Source of the DNA: Bacteroidota bacterium
GTDB lineage: Bacteria > Bacteroidota > Bacteroidia > UBA7662
Direction of reading: 5' to 3'
NCBI GenBank assembly: GCA_036787895.1
Contig: DAIQOK010000007.1
Coordinates: 42,883-106,882, forward strand
DNA: 64,000 nt
Shown here: positions 1-9,484 of the stretch, piece after piece
Layout: each line of letters starts with the position of its first letter
Position numbering within the stretch: position 1 is the first letter of the stretch
Notes under the pieces: model-generated
Told to the model about the DNA's origin: nothing
Databases searched by the model: none
What the model saw: the letters and a program-made list of their open reading frames with translations, nothing else
Position numbers and translations under genes: made by a program

Positions 1-112
1 GAATCAACACTATGTAGACATATATTATCTTTTCATATTGTTAAATAAACTACATTTAAGACATCCAAACTAAAGATGTTCTAATTCCAAACCTACAGCA
101 GAACTCAATCGC

Positions 113-3100
113 ATGAAATCTATCGTTTTTATCGATACCGAAATTGAGCCTAAAAGCTTGCGGATACTGGATATAGGGGGCATTAAGAGCGATGGCAGTT
201 CTTTTCATAAAACTTCGCCTCTTGATTTTATTCAGTTTTTAAAAGGAGTAAAGTTTATTGCGGGGCACAACGTTTTAAATCACGATTACAAATATATTGG
301 CAACCTAATTACTGAGGCCGGCATTGCTCATGATGACCTCATAGATACATTATTCTTATCTCCTTTGCTTTTTCCTGCCAAGCCTTATCATACTTTATTA
401 AAAGACGACAAGCTGCAAACGGAAGAGATGAACAATCCTTTGAACGATGCCATAAAGGCAAAGGAATTGTTTGACGATGAGCTTGCTGCCTTTCAACAGC
501 TGGATGAAACGCTGAAACAGATTTTTTACAATTTGTTGTTTGACAAAAGGGAGTTTATCGCCTTTTTCCGTTTTTTGGAATACAAAGGGGGTTCACTTGA
601 TACCGAAACATTAATTCGACAAGTATTTAAAAAAGAGTTGTGTACACAGGCCAATCTTTCCCAAATAATTAGCGAAAAACCTATTGAACTGGCCTATTGT
701 ATATCGCTGATTCATGCTTTGGTTAAAAACAAAAAAACACATTCTATCACGCCCCCATGGGTGCTGCATAACTTTCCGGATGTTGAAAATATAATGTATC
801 GTTTGCGCAACCAGCCATGTGTAAGTGGCTGTGAGTATTGCAACAATGCTTTGGATATACACAAAGGACTTACTAGATTTTTTGGATTTGATAAGTTTAG
901 AACATATGCCGGTGAGCCCCTCCAGGAAAAAGCAGCCAAGGCGGCCATTAACAACAAATCGATTTTGGCCATTTTCCCTACCGGTGGCGGTAAATCAATT
1001 ACTTTTCAGCTGCCAGCCTTAATGAATGGTGAGCAAGCAAGGGGATTAACGGTTGTAATTTCCCCCTTACAATCGTTGATGAAAGACCAGGTTGATAATC
1101 TGGAAAGAATTGGCATAACAGATGCTGTTACCATTAATGGTTTACTAGATCCTATAGAAAGAGCCAAATCGTTTGAAAGGGTAGCCGATGGTTCAGCCAC
1201 TATCTTGTATATCTCGCCCGAATCGCTGCGGTCAAAGACAATTGAACGTTTATTACTGGGCAGAAACATCGTCCGATTTGTGATAGATGAAGCACACTGT
1301 TTTTCTTCCTGGGGCCAGGATTTTAGGGTTGATTATTTGTACATAGGCGATTTCATTAAACAGCTCCAGGAAAAGAAAAATCTTTCGGAAGGCATACCCG
1401 TTTCCTGTTTTACCGCAACAGCAAAACAGAAAGTAATTGAAGATATACGAGAATATTTTAAAGATAAACTATCGCTAGATCTTGAATTATTTACCTCCCA
1501 AGCAACGCGAACCAATCTCCAATACAAAGTATTTCAAAAAGGCACTGAAGATGAAAAATATCAAGAAGCCAGAGCCTTGATAGAAGCCAAAAATTGTCCT
1601 ACAATTATTTATGTTTCCAGAACTCGAAAAGCTTATTTACTGGCTGAAAGATTGTGCATGGATGGTTTTATTGCCAAGCCCTATCACGGCAAAATGGACA
1701 AACAGGAAAAGTCAGAAAACCAGGATTCGTTTATTAACGGTGAAACCCAAATAATGGTAGCAACTTCTGCTTTTGGTATGGGGGTTGATAAAAAGGATGT
1801 TGGCATGGTGATTCATTATGAAATATCCGACTCACTCGAAAATTACATACAAGAAGCCGGGAGAGCTGGGAGAGATGAAAATATAGTTGCAGATTGTTTT
1901 GTACTCTACAACGAAGAAGATTTAAGCAAACATTTTATCCTATTAAATCAGACTAAACTCTCGATTAAAGAGATACAACAAGTTTGGAAAGCCATCAAAG
2001 ATATCACCAAATTTCGTTCGAGTGTTTCAAACTCCGCTCTCGAAATAGCTAGAAAAGCAGGCTGGGATGACAATGTGGTTGAAATAGAAACCCGGGTAAC
2101 CACGGCAATTGCAGCTCTGGAAGATGCCGGCTATTTAAAACGCGGGCAAAATATGCCTCGAATTTTTGCTAATAGTATTCTATCAAAAAATGCTCAAGAG
2201 GCCATTGATAAAATTTGTGCTTCTGAAAAATTTGAAGAAAAGCAAAAAGAAACCGCTATTCGAATCATTAAAAAGCTCTTTTCCAGTAAAAGTAGAACAC
2301 AATCGGCAGAAGATCCAGCCGAATCAAGGGTAGATTATATCAGCGATCATTTAGGTATTCTAAAAAAAGATGTAATAAACATCATCAACTTGCTTCGTGA
2401 AGAGAAGATTTTAGCCGATAATAAAGATTTAACTGCATTTATAAAAAAAGGGGAGAATAAAAATCGTTCACTCAACATAGTTGAGAATTATCGAAAAATA
2501 GAAAACTTCCTTCTAACGAAATTTAGTCAGGAGGAAAAAACATTTCACATCAAAGAACTGAATGAAGAAGCCGAAAGTCAAGGCTGTGATGAGGTATCGC
2601 CCAGTAAAATTAAAACACTCATCAATTTTTGGGCAATTAAAAATTGGATTAGGCGTCAAAACTTACAATATTCAAAGAACCATTTTTCCGCCGTCTCACT
2701 CTATAGTCCTGATAGTTTAAAAGAAAAATTAGAGAAACGACATGTGTTGAGTGAATTCATTATTAATTTACTTCATACAAGAAGTAGTGCAAATAGTGAA
2801 AGCAAAGAAGAGGAAGTTTTAGTTGAGTTTTCTGTACATGAATTAAAATCAGCTTATGAAAAACTACCTGATTTATTTAAACTAGCCATAGGCATAGAGG
2901 ATATTGAAGACGCCCTCTTTTACCTATCCAGGATAGAAGCACTTAAAATTGAAGGTGGGTTTTTAGTGGTCTACAACAGTTTAACCATCGAACGCATTGA
3001 ACAAGACACTAAACGGCGTTATAAAGTTGAAGATTACCAAAAGCTCAATCAGTTTTATGAAAACAAAGTGCAGCAAATTCATATTGTTGGTGAGTATGCC

Positions 3101-4918
3101 AAAAAAATGATCAACGACTACAGAGAGGCATTACAATTTGTAGAAGATTATTTTCAACTCAATTATCAGTCATTTCTAAATAAATACTTCAAGGGCAGTC
3201 GTCAGAATGAAATCAAAAGAAATTTAACCCCTGAGAAATTCAAACAACTCTTTGGAGAACTGTCTCCAACCCAATTAAAAATTATAAACGACAACGAAAG
3301 TAAACACATAGCGGTTGCTGCCGGCCCCGGTAGCGGAAAAACACGGGTTTTGGTTCATAAATTGGCATCGTTGTTACTGATGGAAGATGTAAAACATGAG
3401 CAATTGCTTATGCTTACATTTTCACGGGCTGCTACTACAGAGTTTAAAAAGCGATTATTAAAACTTATTGGAAATGCAGCGAATTTCATCGAAATAAAAA
3501 CCTTTCACTCTTATTGTTTCGATTTATTAGGTAAGGTTGGTAGCCTTGAAAAGTCAGATGTAGTTTTGAAAAAGACCATTGACAAAATCAAACGAAAAGA
3601 AGTTGAGTCAAGTAGGATTACCAAAACCGTTTTGGTAATTGACGAAGCCCAGGACATGAACGAGGATGAATACAACCTAATAGCTACGTTGATGGAGGAA
3701 AACGAGGAAATGCGCGTAATAGCCGTAGGAGACGACGATCAGAATATTTACGAATTCAGAGGTGCCAGTTCCAAATATCTAGAACGTTTTATAAAAGAAA
3801 ACAATGCAAGTAAGCATGAAATTTTAGAAAATTACAGAAGTAAAAGTAATTTGGTAACACTTACAAATCACTTCGCAGCCACTATTCAACACCGTTTAAA
3901 AAGCACGCCCATCGTTGCCAAACAAACAGATTATGGAAAGTTAAAATTAGTTCGTTATCAAAGTGGAAAACTAATAAGTCCGCTGGTAGAGGGTGTATGT
4001 AGTGCTGAATTAAGGGGGACTAGCTGTGTGCTTACCAAAACCAATGAAGAAGCACAGCAAATAACCGGTCTGTTGTTAAAGAATAAACTTCAAGCAAAAT
4101 TGATTCAATCGAATGAAGGTTTTAGTTTATACAACCTTTTAGAGGTTCGTTTCTTTTTAGATCAACTTAAATTGTCAGATGATGTATTCGTTATTTCTGA
4201 TGAGGTTTGGGATAATGCCATTAGAGCATTAAAAAGCAAGTTTCAACGCAGCACGAAATTTGAAATATGTTTGAATATCATAAAGGATTTTAAAGAAGTC
4301 AACCCCAAAAGGAAATACAAATCTGATTTAGAAGTATTCATACGTGAATCCAAGATGGAAGACTTCTACAATGAGCACGGAGAAACTATTTTCGTATCTA
4401 CCATTCACAAAGCAAAAGGCAAAGAGTTTGACAACGTTTTCCTGATGCTTGACAACATCACAGCAAATAGCGATGAGGCCAAAAGACAATTGTATGTAGC
4501 CTTGACCAGGGCCAAACAACAATTGGTTATACATACTAATTCAACAGTTTTTGATACTATTTCGGCCGAACAGTTGGAAAGAATAGTTGACTTTGATCAA
4601 TACGAACAGCCCAAAGAGCTGGTCATGCATTTAAACTTAAAAGATGTGTGGCTTGACTATTTTATTGACAAACAAAATGCAATAGCAGAACTCATAGCCG
4701 GAGATATGTTGGTTATAAAGAACGATGAATGTTTGAATTCAAAAGGGGATTCTATTTTAAGGTTTTCAAGACATTTTTTGGCACAAATTGACGAATTACA
4801 AGAGAAAGGCTATCAATTGAAGTCAGGCAAGGTAAACTTCATCGTGTACTGGTTAAAGGAAGGCACTACGAATGAGGTAAGAGTTGTTTTGCCAGAGCTT
4901 TATTTTGAGAAAGTTTAG
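113..4918 (+). CDS. Large multidomain DNA-processing protein: N-terminal DnaQ/epsilon-like 3'-5' exonuclease, RecQ-family SF2 helicase core, uncharacterised ~350-aa middle region, C-terminal UvrD/PcrA-like SF1 helicase core
   Basis: The protein starts with a DEDD-type exonuclease signature (FIDTEIE ... HNVLNHDYKYI). RecQ motifs follow: motif I FPTGGGKSITFQLPAL, motif II FVIDEAHCFSSWGQDFRVDY (DEAH), motif III FTATA, motifs V-VI MVATSAFGMGVDKKDVGMVIHYEISDSLENYIQEAGRAGRD. UvrD motifs lie in the C-terminal third: motif I AAGPGSGKTRVL, motif Ia LTFSRAATTEF, motif II VIDEAQDMNEDEY, motif III GDDDQNIYEFRGA, motif IV NYRS, motif V STIHKAKGKEFDNVF, motif VI LYVALTRAK. It is a single uninterrupted 1601-aa ORF with ATG at 113. 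Confidence 0.8.
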   Translation: MKSIVFIDTEIEPKSLRILDIGGIKSDGSSFHKTSPLDFIQFLKGVKFIAGHNVLNHDYKYIGNLITEAGIAHDDLIDTLFLSPLLFPAKPYHTLLKDDKLQTEEMNNPLNDAIKAKELFDDELAAFQQLDETLKQIFYNLLFDKREFIAFFRFLEYKGGSLDTETLIRQVFKKELCTQANLSQIISEKPIELAYCISLIHALVKNKKTHSITPPWVLHNFPDVENIMYRLRNQPCVSGCEYCNNALDIHKGLTRFFGFDKFRTYAGEPLQEKAAKAAINNKSILAIFPTGGGKSITFQLPALMNGEQARGLTVVISPLQSLMKDQVDNLERIGITDAVTINGLLDPIERAKSFERVADGSATILYISPESLRSKTIERLLLGRNIVRFVIDEAHCFSSWGQDFRVDYLYIGDFIKQLQEKKNLSEGIPVSCFTATAKQKVIEDIREYFKDKLSLDLELFTSQATRTNLQYKVFQKGTEDEKYQEARALIEAKNCPTIIYVSRTRKAYLLAERLCMDGFIAKPYHGKMDKQEKSENQDSFINGETQIMVATSAFGMGVDKKDVGMVIHYEISDSLENYIQEAGRAGRDENIVADCFVLYNEEDLSKHFILLNQTKLSIKEIQQVWKAIKDITKFRSSVSNSALEIARKAGWDDNVVEIETRVTTAIAALEDAGYLKRGQNMPRIFANSILSKNAQEAIDKICASEKFEEKQKETAIRIIKKLFSSKSRTQSAEDPAESRVDYISDHLGILKKDVINIINLLREEKILADNKDLTAFIKKGENKNRSLNIVENYRKIENFLLTKFSQEEKTFHIKELNEEAESQGCDEVSPSKIKTLINFWAIKNWIRRQNLQYSKNHFSAVSLYSPDSLKEKLEKRHVLSEFIINLLHTRSSANSESKEEEVLVEFSVHELKSAYEKLPDLFKLAIGIEDIEDALFYLSRIEALKIEGGFLVVYNSLTIERIEQDTKRRYKVEDYQKLNQFYENKVQQIHIVGEYAKKMINDYREALQFVEDYFQLNYQSFLNKYFKGSRQNEIKRNLTPEKFKQLFGELSPTQLKIINDNESKHIAVAAGPGSGKTRVLVHKLASLLLMEDVKHEQLLMLTFSRAATTEFKKRLLKLIGNAANFIEIKTFHSYCFDLLGKVGSLEKSDVVLKKTIDKIKRKEVESSRITKTVLVIDEAQDMNEDEYNLIATLMEENEEMRVIAVGDDDQNIYEFRGASSKYLERFIKENNASKHEILENYRSKSNLVTLTNHFAATIQHRLKSTPIVAKQTDYGKLKLVRYQSGKLISPLVEGVCSAELRGTSCVLTKTNEEAQQITGLLLKNKLQAKLIQSNEGFSLYNLLEVRFFLDQLKLSDDVFVISDEVWDNAIRALKSKFQRSTKFEICLNIIKDFKEVNPKRKYKSDLEVFIRESKMEDFYNEHGETIFVSTIHKAKGKEFDNVFLMLDNITANSDEAKRQLYVALTRAKQQLVIHTNSTVFDTISAEQLERIVDFDQYEQPKELVMHLNLKDVWLDYFIDKQNAIAELIAGDMLVIKNDECLNSKGDSILRFSRHFLAQIDELQEKGYQLKSGKVNFIVYWLKEGTTNEVRVVLPELYFEKV

Positions 4919-5329
4919 GCTAACTGAGATAAAATCACAATTAGTTGACAATCCATCTCTCTGTGCTGCCGCAAAAAGCCGAATCGGGATAATACTACTG
5001 TCGTTCCGGCAACAGCAACAAACGCCCCGCCAAAGGTGCCTGGGCATAAGGCCCGTGGCTTTCGTGCATATCGGGACACATCAGCACCCAGCATTGGACT
5101 TCATAAACCGTAACAGGCCCCTCCTGTTGAACATTATTGTATTCTACGAAAAAAATGTATCTAATACCGGTTTATAAAACAGTCGAGTATTCGGAAAATA
5201 TATCACTAAAATTTCTGCCGGATATGTTTACACATCACGCAACCAACAACACATGGATCGGGAGAAAAATACTGTAGCAAATTGAGGCGGTATAAACCTA
5301 AATTTTGACATTACAACATAATAACAATT

Positions 5330-5447
5330 CACAGAAATTGTTGTATTTTTTCCATGAATTTTACAAAATTTAGCCATTAGCAGGAATTATTTAGTTTGAC
5401 TTTCTATATTTCTGAATTAGTAATTTAAGCTAATCGAAAAATAGCTC
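5330..5447 (+). promoter_or_regulatory. Candidate promoter region in the AT-rich 530-bp spacer upstream of the NUDIX/PLD-helicase operon
   Basis: This is a long AT-rich intergenic region. It contains TAGTTTG (~5390), which matches the Bacteroidota -7 TAnnTTTG consensus, a few tens of bp upstream of the NUDIX ATG at 5448. The call is positional only. Confidence 0.25.
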
Positions 5448-5870
5448 ATGACAGATAAACAAAAATCTCGAGAGAACAAATTGACAAAGTCAGTAAAGGT
5501 TTGTTGTGCTATAATTCTTAATGAGAAAAAAACACTTGTAGTTCAACGTAGTGAAAAGATGTCGTTACCTCTGAAATGGGAGTTTCCAGGTGGTAAAATA
5601 GAATTTGGAGAAACGGAAGAAGAATGTGTCCTTAGAGAGATAAAAGAGGAATTGAATATTGAAATTATCCTTATATCTAGATTAACCCCAACAACATTTT
5701 TTTATCCCAATATTGTGGTACATTTAGTTCCATTTTTGGCCGTATTTTCAAGGGGTGAGATGAAATTATCCGAACATATAAATTACAAATGGTTACAAAA
5801 GGATAAACTTGCTGAATTGGATTGGGCAGAAGCAGATATTCCAATATTAAAAGAATATATCAATATATGA
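5448..5870 (+). CDS. NUDIX hydrolase (MutT-like)
   Basis: The Nudix box GGKIEFGETEEECVLREIKEELNI fits the GX5EX7REUXEEXGU consensus. The protein is 140 aa. Its stop codon TGA overlaps the start codon of the next gene (ATGA at 5867-5870). Confidence 0.85.
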   Translation: MTDKQKSRENKLTKSVKVCCAIILNEKKTLVVQRSEKMSLPLKWEFPGGKIEFGETEEECVLREIKEELNIEIILISRLTPTTFFYPNIVVHLVPFLAVFSRGEMKLSEHINYKWLQKDKLAELDWAEADIPILKEYINI

Positions 5871-8800
5871 TAGAGGGTATTTACGAAGAGCTGGTAACGC
5901 AACTTGTAAGGCAAAATATAGGTGCTTTAGACCAGAGTTCATTCTATATTGAGAAGAGCGTTTTAGACAAAGAAGAGGCTGCAACAATTCTTGCCAAGCA
6001 TCTTGGTCAAACCATAAAACATGCCTTGAGCTATATTAAAGGCGAAAAATCTATAGAACTACAAATAGAGATTGCTAATAAAATTATATTATTTCTGAAA
6101 GAGGAACTGAAAAGAGAAGAATTTGATCAAGATCTTATAGCCATAGAGGGTGAAATATTGAAGGCTGTCTTTTCAAAAATTGATGCGCAATTTTCAGACA
6201 TAAACCTTCATTTAAAAGAAATTACCCCTTATACGCGACTAACACATAGTGAGCTCTTTACTGGTGGAAATGTGGGTTTGTCGCTAGAAAGCGAACTAAA
6301 AAAAGAGATTCTCTCAGCAAATGAAATTGATTTGCTCGTTTCCTTTATCAAGTTTAAAGGTATCATTATACTCGAAAGGGAATTGCGTGAGTTTGCAAAA
6401 CGTGGCGGAAAATTGCGCGTAATTACCACCACGTATATGGGCGCATCAGACTACAAGGCTATCCAGCTCTTGTCCAAATTACAGAATGCAGAAATAAGGA
6501 TATCCTACAATAATGGCAATGAACGCCTGCATGCCAAGGCTTATCTTTTCAAAAGGTCTACAGGTTTTCATACGGGATATATTGGTTCTTCCAATTTTTC
6601 GCGTTCAGCCCTTACTGATGGTTTAGAATGGAACCTGAAAATCACAACCAAAGAGGTAAGTCACATTATTGATAAGTTTCAGAAGACGTTTGATTCATAT
6701 TGGGTGAGTGATGATTTCGAAAAGTTTGATGATAGTATTCATAAGGAGAAATTGATTAGCTCACTGAATCAAGGAAGAATTGGAAAATCTACCTCATTAA
6801 ATACTAATTTTTTTGATGTTAAACCCTTTCCATTTCAGGAGGAAATACTTGAAAAGCTTGATGTTGAGCGTACAAAGCACCATAGAAATAGAAATCTAGT
6901 TGTAGCCGCAACCGGCACTGGTAAAACCGTTATTTCTGCATTTGATTTCAACAGATTCAAGAAAGATAACAGCTCTGCTAAGCTTCTTTTTTTAGCGCAT
7001 AGAAGGGAAATCCTAGAACAATCCATGAGTGCTTTTCGAGGCATTCTAAAAGATAACAATTTTGGCGAGTTATGGGTGGGAGGGATTGAACCTACGAGTT
7101 ATGAACATATTTTTGCATCCATTCAAATATTAAATAATCGTTTAAACGATTTAAATCTTTCTCCACAATATTTTGACTATATAGTAATTGATGAGTGTCA
7201 CCATTTAACTGCAAACTCTTATCGAGGAATCATTAATTATTTCAAGCCTAAAGTTTTAATTGGATTAACTGCCACGCCTGAACGAATGGATGGTGGAGAT
7301 ATTCAAGAAGATTTTCATCACCGAATTGCCGCTGAAATTCGATTGCCAGAAGCCCTAAACAGAAAGTTGTTATGCCCGTTTCAATATTTCGGAATTACAG
7401 ATAGTATAGATCTTTCTCGTATAGGGTGGGAACGCGGGCGATATATAGCCAGTGAATTGTCATCTATTTACACAGCAAACGATAAAAGGATTCGTGAAAT
7501 TATTGACGCATTAGAAAAGTATACCAGAGAACCTAGTGATGTTCGTGCACTTGGGTTTTGCGTAACTATGGAGCACGCCAAGTTTATGGCTGAGAAGTTT
7601 GCGCTTGCTGGACTCAAAGCAGATTATCTAACAAGCGACAACACCCAACACCGAGATAGTGTTAAAGAAATGTTGCTCAGGAAAGAAATTAATTACCTTT
7701 TTGTGGTTGATATTTTTAATGAAGGTGTTGATATTCCGGAAATTGATACCGTTTTGTTTTTAAGGCCAACAGAAAGTCTAACAATATTCTTACAGCAACT
7801 AGGTCGGGGGTTGCGTTTGGCAGAAAATAAAGAGGTCCTAACTGTTTTAGATTTCGTAGGAAATTCTAGACCTGAGTACAATTTTGAAAACAAATTCAGG
7901 GCACTCATTGGCAAAACCGCAACCACTGTAAAAAAAGAAATTGAAGACAATTTTCCGCATTTACCATTAGGCTGCTCTGTAATTTTGGAGAAAAAGGCAA
8001 AGCAGATTATTCTTGAGAATATCACGGCAGCCACTTCGCTCAACAGAAAACAACTAATTCTAAAGATTCAAAGCTTTCAACATCAAACATTACTCGATTT
8101 AAACTTGAAGAATTTTATAGAATTTTATAATATCCCACTTCAATTGATCTATAAGCGCGGGAGCTGGAAAAGACTTTGCCATGAGGCTGGTAGGATTAAA
8201 GATTTTGAAAGTACTAACGAAAAACAAATTGTAAATGCCATTTCAAATAAATGGCTTTCGTGTAACTCATTAAGCTATTTTGAGTTTGTTCGAACTTTAG
8301 CAGAAAATCAATTTAATATATCTGGAATTAAGTTCAATAAAGCTGAGAAGCAAATGCTTTTGATGCTACATTATGATGTTTGGCAAAGTGCAGGCGGCTT
8401 TTCTTCTTTAAAAAATAGTATTGAAGAATTGGGGAAAAACCAGATATTAATTGATGAAATAATAGAAGTCTTGAATATTTTAATTGACAGAGTTGACTTC
8501 AAAGAAATAGACATTGACCTACCCTACCAACAGCCCTTAAAAGTTCATGCGCGTTACACTAGAGATCAAATATTAGCGGCTTTTGGCCTTAGTACCTTTG
8601 AAAAAAAATCTTCAAACCGTGAAGGTGCTGCTGTAAATTTAGCACTGAATACAGAGCTTTTATTTATCAATTTAATTAAGTCAGAAGAAAACTTCTCTCC
8701 TACCACCATGTATGATGACTATGCGATTAATGAAAACCTGTTTCATTGGCAAAGTCAAAATTCAGCAGGCCCAGAAACTCCTAAAGGTTTGTCCTACTTA

Positions 8801-9007
8801 GACCATGAACGGAATCAAAAGAAAATATTACTTTTTATTCGCGAGAAGAATAAAGATGAATTTGGCAATACTCAGGGCTATGTGTTTGTAGGCGAAGCAA
8901 ATTTGCGAGATCATTATGGTGCAAAACCAATGAACATAAAATGGGAGTTGAATGAGCCTTTGCCCCATTTTTTGTGGCATGATGCAGCAAAACTGAGGGT
9001 GGGTTAG
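5867..9007 (+). CDS. PLD-family (HKD) nuclease domain + SF2 ResIII/DEAH-type helicase + C-terminal DUF3427-like domain protein
   Basis: An HKD-type motif RLHAKAYLF ... GSSNFS lies in the N-terminal third. Helicase motif I is VVAATGTGKTVISAF, motif II is IVIDECHHLT, motif III is GLTATPER, and motif VI is QQLGRGLR. The C-terminal ~250 aa (HARYTRDQILAAFG ... GYVFVGEANL) resembles DUF3427, which commonly follows this helicase type. I place the start at ATG 5867, overlapping the NUDIX stop. The ORF track begins at 5822 with a non-ATG start. Confidence 0.8.
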   Translation: MIEGIYEELVTQLVRQNIGALDQSSFYIEKSVLDKEEAATILAKHLGQTIKHALSYIKGEKSIELQIEIANKIILFLKEELKREEFDQDLIAIEGEILKAVFSKIDAQFSDINLHLKEITPYTRLTHSELFTGGNVGLSLESELKKEILSANEIDLLVSFIKFKGIIILERELREFAKRGGKLRVITTTYMGASDYKAIQLLSKLQNAEIRISYNNGNERLHAKAYLFKRSTGFHTGYIGSSNFSRSALTDGLEWNLKITTKEVSHIIDKFQKTFDSYWVSDDFEKFDDSIHKEKLISSLNQGRIGKSTSLNTNFFDVKPFPFQEEILEKLDVERTKHHRNRNLVVAATGTGKTVISAFDFNRFKKDNSSAKLLFLAHRREILEQSMSAFRGILKDNNFGELWVGGIEPTSYEHIFASIQILNNRLNDLNLSPQYFDYIVIDECHHLTANSYRGIINYFKPKVLIGLTATPERMDGGDIQEDFHHRIAAEIRLPEALNRKLLCPFQYFGITDSIDLSRIGWERGRYIASELSSIYTANDKRIREIIDALEKYTREPSDVRALGFCVTMEHAKFMAEKFALAGLKADYLTSDNTQHRDSVKEMLLRKEINYLFVVDIFNEGVDIPEIDTVLFLRPTESLTIFLQQLGRGLRLAENKEVLTVLDFVGNSRPEYNFENKFRALIGKTATTVKKEIEDNFPHLPLGCSVILEKKAKQIILENITAATSLNRKQLILKIQSFQHQTLLDLNLKNFIEFYNIPLQLIYKRGSWKRLCHEAGRIKDFESTNEKQIVNAISNKWLSCNSLSYFEFVRTLAENQFNISGIKFNKAEKQMLLMLHYDVWQSAGGFSSLKNSIEELGKNQILIDEIIEVLNILIDRVDFKEIDIDLPYQQPLKVHARYTRDQILAAFGLSTFEKKSSNREGAAVNLALNTELLFINLIKSEENFSPTTMYDDYAINENLFHWQSQNSAGPETPKGLSYLDHERNQKKILLFIREKNKDEFGNTQGYVFVGEANLRDHYGAKPMNIKWELNEPLPHFLWHDAAKLRVG

Positions 9008-9152
9008 GTGAAAAGGGGATAATATTCTTGTGATCAGGTTTAATACAAGTCTTTTTATACACCAGAAGCAGTTACAGAAATCACAAAGAAGTAAAGTAGT
9101 TCGAGTAGACCCAGCCTCTACAAAAGGAAGCCACCTAAAAAAGGAGTTATCG

Positions 9153-9201
9153 CCCTGCCTTTGGGCCTTTTCGTATTCACCGGCTGCCGTTGGGGCATAC
9201 A
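9153..9201. repeat. Direct repeat copy A (~47 bp) duplicating the 5' end of the downstream TlpA-like lipoprotein gene; candidate att site
   Basis: cctgcctttgggccttttcgtattcaccggctgccgttggggcataca (copy A) against cctgcttttgggccttttcgtattcatcggctgccgttggggcataca at ~10470-10518, with 2 mismatches in 47 bp. Flanking bases are also partly similar (cctaaaaaagga / cctaaaaaggaa). Confidence 0.8.
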
Positions 9202-9292
9202 AAGTGTAGGCAATACAGCAGACAATTTCTATTGAATCTGAAAGAAGCACACATAGCACCAAGCAATAAAACCTTTGTCATACCCAAGGTAA

Positions 9293-9393
9293 ATGTCGAT
9301 TTTTTCCTGTTTCATCGACATATCCGAATAATAGGTTTATGCCATCGACATAAGCCACAGATATGTTTAAAACTGGGCAATATTTCGACATAT
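9293..9393. repeat. Cluster of four TCGACATA-type 8-bp motifs (one inverted, three direct); candidate protein-binding (arm-type/operator) sites
   Basis: atgtcgat at 9293-9300 (inverted); tcgacata at 9315-9322, 9345-9352 and 9385-9392. Spacing between copies is ~30-40 bp. The region is non-coding and lies immediately inside repeat copy A. Confidence 0.6.
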
Positions 9394-9484
9394 CTCGAAA
9401 ATAGCTTTACAACAGCGATAGGTTAACCAACTAAAAAACACACATGGGACCAGCAACCGTTTGGTTTTATAATCTCGTGTAGGG

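Noticed and set aside
8828-9262. 144-aa minus-strand ORF spanning the 3' end of the PLD-helicase gene and repeat copy A
   Set aside because: It overlaps the end of a well-supported gene on the opposite strand and runs through the duplicated 47-bp repeat. A near-identical peptide is produced from copy B (ORF 10460-10657), so the similarity reflects the DNA repeat, not a gene family.
9100-9480. Possible CRISPR array or tRNA in the non-coding stretch after the PLD-helicase gene
   Set aside because: The repeats present are short (8 bp), irregularly spaced, and lack CRISPR-like ~30-bp repeat/spacer periodicity. No cloverleaf-compatible sequence was found here or elsewhere in the window, including conserved tRNA T-arm patterns such as GGTTCGAATCC.
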